Shown piece by piece: positions 54,876 to 64,000 of a DNA stretch of 64,000 nucleotides; position 1 is the stretch's first letter, and every line of letters starts with the position of its first letter. The translations under genes and the position numbers were made by a program. The notes under the pieces were generated by a model. It did not search any database, was not told the origin of the DNA, and saw only the letters and a program-made list of their open reading frames with translations. Location of the stretch: contig NW_027362761.1 in the NCBI RefSeq assembly GCF_046119375.1, forward strand, positions 993,364,001-993,428,000. Reading direction: 5' to 3'. The stretch is from Phyllobates terribilis. Its lineage: Eukaryota.

Positions 54876-57047
54876 TCACCGAACCATGACTGATATCTTC
54901 CCCTTTAGAAGATCATTCAGGGGTGCCGATCTGACAGCAAAATTAGGTATAAACCGGCGGTAGTACCCAATTATGCCGAGGAATGGTCTCACCTGTTTGG
55001 TAGTCAAAGGCCTGGGCCAGTTTTGAATTGCCTCAATCTTGTTTACTCGGGGTTTGATAACCCCATAGCCAATCACATACCCTAAGTATCGGGCTTCCTC
55101 GAAACCTATAACGCACTTTTTTTGGGTTCGCTGTTAATCCCACGATTCTGAGTGAATCCAGCACTGATTGTACCTGGGACAGGTGGGTATGCCAGTCGGT
55201 ACTAAAGATGATGATATCTTCTAAATATGCCGACGCGTACTTCTGATGAGGCTCTAACACTATGTTCATCAATCTCTGGAAGGTGGCCGGAGCCCCATGT
55301 AATCCAAAAGGCAAGACATCATAGTGATAGAGGACCTCTGATGTTACAAAGGCGGTCTTTTCTTTCGCAGATTCTGTCAGTGGCACCTGTCAGTAAACCT
55401 TGGTCAGATCGGGCGTGGTGAAGTACTGGGTCTGCCCCAGTCTCTCAATCAGCTCGTCTACCCGAGGCATTGGATAAAGGTCAAATTTTGACACCTCATT
55501 CAATTTGCGGAAGTCATTACAAAATCGTAATGATCCGTCTGGCTTCAGAATCAGCACAGTGGGGCCAGTCCACTCACTCCTGGATTCCTCAATGACTTCT
55601 AACTGGAGCATTTGTTTCACTTCAGACTCGATGGCTTACCTCCATGCCTCTGGCACACGGTACGGTTTCATGCACACCCTCACCCGAGGCTCGGTAACTA
55701 AGTCATGTTGGATGACAAAGGTGCAGCCGGGTAGTTCGGAGAATACGTCCATATTCTGCTGCACTAATCTGTGAGCCTCCCGCCGCTGCTGCTTAGTGAG
55801 AGCGTCACTTATCTTTACCTCTCCTGCGGCCTCTTCCCTGGCCGGCGTTGGAGGGTCCACAGACGAGATGACTGGAGTCACATCTGTAATCATACACTCC
55901 CGGTCTTTCCAGGCTTTAATAAGCAGATTTACGTGATATAACTGTTCAGGTTTCCTCTTCCCGGGTTGGAACGCTCTGTATTTCACCTCCCCAACCTTTT
56001 CCCAGACTTCATATGGCCCTTGCCACTTGACCAAGAGCTTACTCTCTGCAGTGGGCACTAATACCAATACCCGATCCCCTGCTTTAAAGGACCTAACCGT
56101 GGCCTTTCTATTATATGCTCGGCTCTGCTCTGCCTGAGCATCCAGGAGGTATTCCTTTACTATGAGCATGACCGCCGCAATCCGGTCCTGCATACTTGCC
56201 ACATGTTATATTATACTCCTATGTGGGGTAGGCTACTATTCCCACATCTCTTTGGCTAAATCCAGCAGACCCCTAGGATGCCTGCCGTACAACAGCTCAA
56301 AGGGTGAGAACCCCGTGGAAGTCTGTGGTACCTCGGGGACAGCAAACATTAATTAGGGCAGTAACATGTCCCAATCCCTCCCATCCTTGGAAACCACCTT
56401 TTATAGCATGGACTTGAGGGTTTTATTGAATCGTTCGACTAAACCGTCGGTGTGGATGGTACACCGATGTGCGCAACTGTATTATTTTTAGCAGCTTGCA
56501 CAGTTCCTTTGTCACCTTGGACATAAAAGGAGTCCCGTGAACCGTAAGGATCTCCTTAGGCAGCCCAAGGCGACAGAAGATGGCAAACAACTCCCAGGCA
56601 ATAAGTCTAGCCGAGGTGTGGCATAGCGGAATGGCCTCTGGGTAACGGGTGGCATAATCGACGACGACAAGTATGTGTTGGTGGCCATGAGCTGACTTTA
56701 CAATGGGCCCCACCAAATCCATTGCAATCCGTTCAAAAAGGTATCTCTATAACTGGCAGAGGTACCAATGGGCTACGGAAGCTTGCGGTGGGTGTGGTCA
56801 GCTGACATTCCGGGCAAGATTCAAGATACCTCTGTACCTAAGCATAAATCCCAGGTTAAAAGAACCGCTGCAAGATGTGCTCTTGCATCTTTTTAACCCC
56901 AGATGCCCACCCAGCAGGTGTGTGGGCCATCTCGAGTACCGCCCGACGGTACGACTGAGGCACTACTAGCTGCTCCACAACCTCGTCCCGGATCTTGTCA
57001 ACCCTATAGCTTAAATCTTGGTTGACCGCCATGCGTGGAAAAACCAT
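54876..57047 (-). pseudogene. Integrase followed by RT fragments
   Basis: ORFs 56856..57047, 56423..56722 and 55636..56202 (INT); 55390..55620, 55033..55386 and 54876..55076 (RT). Confidence 0.85.
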
Positions 57048-57275
57048 CTCTGCATCGGGTGTTGAGACACCCCATTTACCTCTATTACCCTTTCACGTGC
57101 CTAAGTCAGGGAAGGCTCCTGCAGCTGGGCTGTCCCAAATGTACCAGGAGACACTTCCAGCTCTGGGATCGATGGGGTCTCCTCGACGTCTCCTGCCAAT
57201 ACCTCTAGGGGAAACATATCGGGTTTACAGGTATCCCTGACTCGGGAACTTTGGGTTCCACGCCCGGAAAGACAT

Positions 57276-58542
57276 TTACCCTGGGGGGTTAATTTTATTC
57301 TCCCACAGGGGCCAGAACAGGGGCAAGTCTCTTCCCAAAACAGTCCCATAAGGAAGGGTCTTCACCACTCCCACCACATATTTCATCTCCCCACATGGGG
57401 TGGAAAAAATAACCTCCAATGTCGGGTACTCTCGGAGGTCCCTATGGATACAAATAACCCCCACTTTCCGACCATTGGGGTTCTCCTCGGCAACTAAAGA
57501 CGCATGGACAAGTGTCACGAGGCTCACTGAGTCCAAGAGGGCCCCTGTCGGGTACCCGTTGATGAGTACCTGGCACACTTGGGGTTCACTGCGCGTAGTG
57601 TTTGCATTCGCAGTGCAGACTGTTTGGGCATACATGGACACCCGGCGCGTAAATCCGCAGTCCATGGGTTCAACAGTCAGGGGGCAGTTGGCAGCCACAT
57701 GTCCTGGCCCTTGGAACCGCCAGCACCTGATAGTGGTGGCACTGTTAGTCCATGAGACCAGTTTAGGGGTAACTGGTCTCCGTCCACCGTCACTCCCGGG
57801 TACCCCCTCAGTATGGGCCCGGCTCTTGCTGTCCCCAGCAGAGGGACGTGACCCTTCCCAGGCTCCTGTGCTTGCAGAGTCCTGTATGAATTCCTGGGTG
57901 GCTGTATACCTCTCAATCAGGCTAACCTCCTGGTCCAGAGTGCCCAGGTCCCCTTGCCCCACCCAACGCTGTATAGCGGCTGGCAGAGTTCTCACAAGCC
58001 GGTCAACCACCACCCTCTCTACCATCTGGGGCAGGGTCAAGGTCTCAGGCTGGAGCCACCTTTTAACTAGCTGCAGCAAGTCATATGCCTGAGACCTGGC
58101 AGGTTGGGCCTCCACAAAGGTCCATGAAAACACCCGTTGGGCTCTCACATAGGTAATAACCCACAGTCGTGCAAGGATCTCACCTTTCAGCTCCCCATAG
58201 TCTTGGGCATCCTCCTGACTGAGGTCAAAGTAAGCCGTCTGTGCATCACCCATCAGCAACGGAGCCACCACTTCAGCCCGCTGGGAAGTTGGCAGGTTCT
58301 ACCACTCTGCAGTGCGCTTGTAGATAGTGAGGAAGGCTTCCACGTTGTCCTCCAGACTCAGCTTCCTCAATGATGAACTGACCTTGTCCCGGGCCTCACG
58401 ACGTTCCGGGGTCGGTGATGGGGGTGCCTCACGCAGGGCCACAATTTGCTGCACGATCAAGTCAATAAGTGCGCTGCTTCTGCTGGAACTGCTCCTGCTG
58501 TTTCCGCTGAGTGAGGACCAATTGCCTTAGCAGTTCCTCCAT
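57276..58542 (-). pseudogene. Gag with SCAN-like capsid, zinc knuckle and protease
   Basis: RWLQPETLTLPQMVERVVVDRLVRTLP resembles the SCAN core. CWRFQGPGHVAANC is a damaged knuckle. Confidence 0.75.
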
Positions 58543-58544
58543 TT

Positions 58545-58562
58545 TGTCTGCATTCTCCACTA
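58545..58562 (-). promoter_or_regulatory. Degenerate PBS, tRNA-Ala-like
   Basis: + strand TGTCTGCATTCTCCACTA versus the recalled tRNA-Ala 3' end TGCCCGCATTCTCCACCA (15/18), adjacent to the LTR edge. Confidence 0.6.
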
Positions 58563-58565
58563 TAA

Positions 58566-59166
58566 TGTAGTGCGGCGGTGTTCACACTATGCGGAAATGA
58601 GGCAGTGACCCAAGTATAGTTCAACTTAAACGTCTTTATTTCCAAAACTCACAAATTAAAGGCAAACGGTATCCTCCGGTTCACAGCCTGGTCGACAAAG
58701 AACAGTCAGTTTCCAAACCCGTTGCCATGGGCGACTACGCCGCCGTGTCGCTCTGAAGTTTGTCAGAAGCTTTGCCTTCTTGGACTCTGTGTTCAAGTCA
58801 CACAGGCCAGTATTGCAGAGCCTCCAGCTCTGCAGTTTGCAAGCAAAAAATTGACACACCCAAACCTTTACTGCAGGTTTTTAAATCAAAACTGTGGACA
58901 TGAGCCACATGCAAGACCCGAGCTGGAGGGAGTGGGCCGCCCCACTGCCATCCTGTAGTCCACTCCAGGAATAAAAGCACATGCCGGGTTTTATGAAATC
59001 TCCCTTGGTCAAATAGCTTGCCCAAGTTCAAACTTACTTTTATGCTGCACTGCAACCACAGTTATGTCTGTGATTGCAATGCACTCCAGCGGGTTCAATA
59101 TGCTTCTATGCATATTCTGGGGGATACATACCGTCCCTCGCATATAATGCCCCTCACTGCCTCACA
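58566..59166 (-). repeat. 5' LTR of the Gmr1-type element (outer boundary uncertain)
   Basis: TGTAG at the inner edge next to the PBS, AATAAA on the minus strand at about 58635, ...CTCACA at 59166. Confidence 0.55.
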
Positions 59167-59247
59167 GTCCTCATTGGGGCTCACAATCTACATTCCCTAT
59201 CAGTATGTCTTAGGACACCTCTATGGTTAGTACATTTATGTGTGTTC

Positions 59248-59957
59248 TGTAAGGAAAGTGTGACATGCAGAAGTAGTGCTGTTGCTTTAAAAGCATTCAG
59301 CAACTATTAGAAGTAACACAAGCAAATGAGACAGGAAGTGTTGTGCTCCAGAAGCATCCAGCAACTAGAGAGGTTAACACAGTCACAGGAGAAGGGGAGT
59401 GTTTTAGCAGAGCCCCAGGGGGATTGTGGAGAAGTTGTTTACTGTCTGGCTGGAGCCGAAGAGAAAGGTCGTGTGTGTGTTCTGTATCTCACAGAAGCGC
59501 CCCTGCAAGTGAAAAGGATTCAAGCCAGGAGTGAGGCTAAGCACAGGTCAGGTAGAGTTCCTGAACTAGCAGTGCAGAGTATTGTCAGGCAGAAAGATAA
59601 GGACTAGAACAAATGTGCTGTCCTGTACTACTGGGAAGACAGTGAACTTCTGTGCTGCTAAGGAAACTGTACTGTTTGTCACTGGAGCCTGTTGCTCATA
59701 AGACTTAACTTGCACTGGCTGTGCAGCTTCTTATTAAATGCTACTTTTCTACTGTTTATGAGGACTCTTGTCAAGTGTGTCTGGTCAGCAAGTGAAACAA
59801 CCTACGTGTCTGTGCCTGAGGGTCAATACCCCTGTGTGCCTGAGAGAAGCTGCAGCACATGGTTTATGGGCGCCCTGAGTAACGGTTCCCCCAGAATGCC
59901 AAAGAATTCATGTAACCTGTCTCGCCCCTATCTGAACCTAGCGGCGTGCGTGTAACA
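59248..59957. repeat. Possible solo LTR
   Basis: TGTAAGG...TGTAACA ends and LTR-like composition. No TSD match. Confidence 0.4.
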
Positions 59958-60005
59958 AAAGGATATTAAGTGCAGACACCATAGGGTAGGGAGTAGGGTC
60001 ATATA

Positions 60006-61290
60006 CAGTGGCATGTAAAAGTTTTGGCAAAATTACTGTTATTGTGAGCAGTTAAGCAAGTTGAAGATGAAATTATCTCTGAAAGGCCTAAAGTTAAAGA
60101 TGACACATTTCCTTTGTATTTTAGGCTGAAAAAAAATATTGTAATCATTTTAAAAATCACAAAAAGGAAAATGGGAGTATGCAAAAGTTTGGGCACCCGT
60201 GGAGATTTGAGTGCTCAGATAATTTTAACTAAGGTTTCAGACCTTAATTAGCCTGTTAGGGTTATAGCTTGTTCACTATCATCAGTAGGAAAGGCCAGGT
60301 GATGCAAATTTCCCAGCTTTATAAAAACCCAGCCTCCTCTTACCTTGTGCCAGCAGCCATGGGTTCTTCCAAGCAGCTGCCTAGCACTCTGAAAATGAAA
60401 ATGGTGGAGGCCCACAAAGGAGGAGAAGGCTAAAAGAATATAGCAAAGCGTTTTCAAGTCGCCTTTCCTCAGTTTGAAATGTAATAAAGAAATGGCACTT
60501 AACAGGAACAGTGGAGACCAAGATAAGGTCTGGAAGACAAAGCAAAATTTCAGTGAGAGCTGCTTGTAGGATTGCTAGAGAGGCAAATCAGAATCCCCGC
60601 TTGACTACAAAAGAACTTCAGAAAGATTTAGCAGACTCTGGAGTTGTGGTGGTACATTGTTCTACTGTTCAGAGACACCTGCACAAATATGGCCTTCTTG
60701 GAACAACCATCAGAAGAAAACCTCTCCTGCGTCCTCACTATAAAATTTAGAGTCAGAAGTATGGAAAAGAACATCTCGACAAGTCTGGTGCATTTTGTAA
60801 ACAAGTCCTGTGGACTGATGAGGTTAAAATAGAACTCTTTGGCGACAATGAGTGGAGAAAAAAGGGCACAGAATTTCAGGAATAGAACATCTCGCCAACC
60901 GTTAAGCATGGGGGTGGATCAATCATGCGTTGGGGTAGTGTTGCAGCCAATGGCACAGGTGACATTTCCCGGGTGGAGGGAAGAATGGATTCAACGGAAT
61001 TTCAAAAAGTTGATGCAAACATAACACCATCTGTAAAAAAGCTGAAGTTGAAAAGAATATGGCTTCTACAAATGGATAATGATCCTAAACACACGTCAAA
61101 ATCCACAATAGACTACCTCAAAAGGCGCAAGCTGAAGGTTTTACAATGGCCCTCACAGTCCCCTGATCTGAACATCATTGAAAATCTGTCGCTAGACCTC
61201 AAAATAACAGTGCATGCAAGATCACCCAGGAATCTCACAGAACTGGAAGAATTTTCCAAGGAAGAATGGATGTAAATGCCCCAAACAAAA
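60006..61290 (+). mobile_element. Tc1-like element (DD34E), degraded, 3' TIR missing
   Basis: TA|CAGTGGCATGTAAAAGTT. Transposase from 60360 (MGSSKQL) to QMDNDPKH...SPDLNIIE. Confidence 0.85.
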
Positions 61291-61300
61291 ATTGACAGAC

Positions 61301-63473
61301 CCTGTGCACCATGCTCTATACTATGCTCTATATTATGCTCTGCACCATGCTCTATACTATGCTCTGCACTATACTCTGCACCATGCTATATACCAGTGCA
61401 TCCCAAAATCCATCCTCACGGCCCCCACAGGTCATGTTTTCAGGTTCTCCTTAGTATTACACAGATGGTTGAAGTATCATCAAGGCATCAAGAATTCTCT
61501 CACATGTGCAATACTAAAGAGATCCTGAAAACATGACCTGTGGGGGGCCGTGAGGATGGAGTTTGGGAAACACAGCTCTATACTATGCTCTGCACCATGC
61601 TCTATACTATGCTCTGCATCATCCTCTATACTCTGCACCATGCTCTATACTATGCTCTGCACCATGCTCTATACTATGCTCTGCACCATCCTCTATACTA
61701 TGCTCTGCACCATCCTCTATACTCTGCACCATGCTCTATACTATGCTCTGCACAATGCTGTATACTTCACTCTGCACAATGCTCTATACTATGCTCTGCT
61801 CTATGCTATGCTCTGCACCATGCTCTATACTATGCACTATACTATGCTCTGCACCATGCTCTATACTATGCTCTGCACCATGCTCTATAATATGCTCTGC
61901 ACCATGCTCTATACTATGCTCTGCACCACGCTCTATACTATGCTCTATACTATGCTCTGCACCATGCTCTATACTATGCTCTGCACCATGCTTTATACTA
62001 TGCTCTGCACCATGCTCTATACTATGCTCCCCACCATGCTCTATACTATGCTCTATACTATGCTCCCCACCATGCTCTATACTATGCTCTGCACCATGCT
62101 CTATACTATGCTCTATAGTATGCTCTGCACCATGCTCTATACTATGCTCTATACTATGCACTGCATCACGCTCTACACTATGCTCTGCACCATACTCTAT
62201 ACTATGCTCTGCACCATGCTCTATACTATGCTCTGCACCATGCTCTATACTATGCTCTGCACAATGCTGTATACTTCACTCTGCACAATGCTCTATACTA
62301 TGCTCTGCTCTATGCTATGCTCTGCACCATGCTCTATACTATGCACTATACTATGCTCTGCACCATGCTCTATACTATGCTCTGCACCATGCTCTATAAT
62401 ATGCTCTGCACCATGCTCTATACTATGCTCTGCACCACGCTCTATACTATGCTCTATACTATGCTCTGCACCATGCTTTATACTATGCTCTGCACCATGC
62501 TCTATACTATGCTCTATACTATGCTCCCCACCATGCTCTATACTATGCTCTGCACCATGCTCTATACTATGCTCTATAGTATGCTCTGCACCATGCTCTA
62601 TACTATGCTCTGCACCATGCTCTATACTATGCTCTATACTATGCACTGCATCACGCTCTACACTATGCTCTGCACCATACTCTATACTATGCTCTGCACC
62701 ATGCTCTATACTATGCTCTGCACCATGCTCTATACTATGCACTGCATCACGCTCTACACTATGCTCTGCACCACGCTCTATACTATGCTCTATACTATGC
62801 TCTGCACCATGCTCTATACTATGCTCCGTACCATGCTCTGCGTCACGCTCTATACTATGCTCTGCACCATGCTATATACTATGCTCTGCACCATGCTCTA
62901 TACTATGCTCTGCACCATGCTCTATACTGTGCTCTGCACCATGCTCTATACTGTGCTCTGCACCACGCTCTATACTATGCCTGCACCATGCTCTATACTG
63001 TGCTCTGCACAATGCTCTATATTATGCTCAGCACCACGCTCTATACTATGCCTGCACCATGCTCTATACTATGCTCTGCACCATGCTCTATACTGTGCTC
63101 TGCACCATGCTCTATACTGTGCTCTGCACCACGCTCTATACTATGCCTGCACCATGCTCTATACTGTGCTCTGCACGATGCTCTATATTATGCTCAGCAC
63201 CACGCTCTATACTATGCTCTGCACCATGCTCTATACTATGCTCTGCACCATGCTCTATACTGTGCTCTGCACCATGCTCTATACTATGCTCTGCACCATG
63301 CTCTATACTATGCCTGCACCATGCTCTATACTGTGCTCTGCACGATGCTCTATATTATGCTCAGCACCACGCTCTATACTATGCCTGCACCATGCTCTAT
63401 ACTGTGCTCTGCACCACGCTCTATACTATGCCTGCACCATGCTCTATACTGTGCTCTGCACCATACTCTATAC
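61301..63473. repeat. Minisatellite built from the 12-bp subunits CTCTATACTATG and CTCTGCACCATG (24-bp period)
   Basis: Direct inspection. A variant block recurs at about 61751 and 62260 (about 0.5-kb duplication). Confidence 0.95.
61394..61575. mobile_element. Palindromic hAT-type MITE
   Basis: CAGTGCATCCCAAA...CAGGTCATGTTTTCAGG / CCTGAAAACATGACCTG...TTTGGGAAACACAG. 8-bp flanks CTATATAC / CTCTATAC. Confidence 0.75.
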
Positions 63474-64000
63474 CAGGGGTCTCAAACTCAGCTGGGCATA
63501 TGGGCCGCATTAAAAAACATTTAATTTTGGGGGCCACATTGTTGGCATGACAAAGTGACATTTTTAGTGATACTATTTTATTTTCTATACACCTTTTGAA
63601 CTGGTCCTCATCTTGCAGACATGGTCTCCCCTCCAGGTCCCCCATATTACAGACATGGTCTCCCATCCATGTCCCCCATATTGCAGACATGGTCTCCCAT
63701 TCAGGTCCCCCATCCAGCAGACATGGTCTCCCATCCAGGTCCCCCATATTGCAGACATGGTCCCCCATATTGCAGACATGATCCCCCATATTGCAGACAT
63801 GGTCACTCATCCAGGTCCTCCATATTGCAGACATGGTCCCCATATTGCAGACATGGTCCCCCATCCAGGTCCCCCATATTGCAGACATGGTCCCCCATCC
63901 AGGTTCCCCATATTGCAGACATGGTCCCCCATCCAGGTCCCCCATATTGCAGACATGGTCCCCCATATTGCAGACATGGTCCCCCATCCTGGTCCTTATG
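63474..64000. mobile_element. hAT-type MITE (left end) with an internal about 21-bp CCATATTGCAGACATGGTCCC repeat
   Basis: Starts CAGGGGTCTCAAACTC after CTCTATAC. Tandem repeats 63600-64000 run off the window. Confidence 0.65.

Larger units (their letters stand above)
54830..59166 (-). mobile_element. Gmr1-type Gypsy (gag-PR-INT-RT order), degraded and 3'-truncated
   Basis: Minus-strand order: Gag from 58542, PR (LLDSV), INT (MDLVGP...YPEAIPL, WQGPY), then RT (RFCNDFRKLN, YLEDII, FLGIIGYYRRF). RNase H and the 3' LTR are absent. Confidence 0.88.

Noticed and set aside
58732-58741. CGACTACGCC tRNA-Ser-like 10-mer in the Gmr1 LTR
   Set aside because: Lacks the CCA end, and this element's PBS is tRNA-Ala-like; probably chance.
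61540-63987. Long Cys/His/Tyr-rich ORFs (666 aa, 398 aa, etc.)
   Set aside because: Minisatellite translations that are open in multiple frames.

Overview
This is eukaryotic, transposon-saturated, probably intergenic or intronic DNA. The mix of Tc1/mariner, piggyBac, T2/Kolobok-like and Harbinger MITEs, CR1 and Gypsy suggests an amphibian (frog-like) genome; that is an inference. No host gene could be supported. Main structure: (1) a four-level nest at 12.6-31.5 kb. A CR1 LINE is interrupted by a complete chromodomain Ty3/Gypsy (sushi-like; 420-bp LTRs, AATAA TSD, apparent self-priming PBS). That element is interrupted at a TTAA by a piggyBac, which is in turn interrupted by a complete tRNA-Ser-primed Gypsy (1003-bp LTRs, GTAT TSD, intact 1697-aa ORF). 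(2) A second nest at 1-8.2 kb: Tc1 > Gypsy > Tc1 (DD37E). (3) A 447-bp x 5.2 near-identical tandem array flanked by a 10-bp direct repeat. It has a diverged TSD-flanked relative at 42.2 kb that ends at the same position, so it is a candidate circular-RNA/retrozyme-like mobile element. (4) A minimal Penelope-type hammerhead ribozyme at 32.3 kb. (5) About ten Tc1/mariner copies including a DD38E element, a Gmr1-type Gypsy with a SCAN-like Gag, many MITEs, two large 24-bp minisatellites and a spacer-less 189-bp palindrome. All alignments, folds and counts were done by eye.
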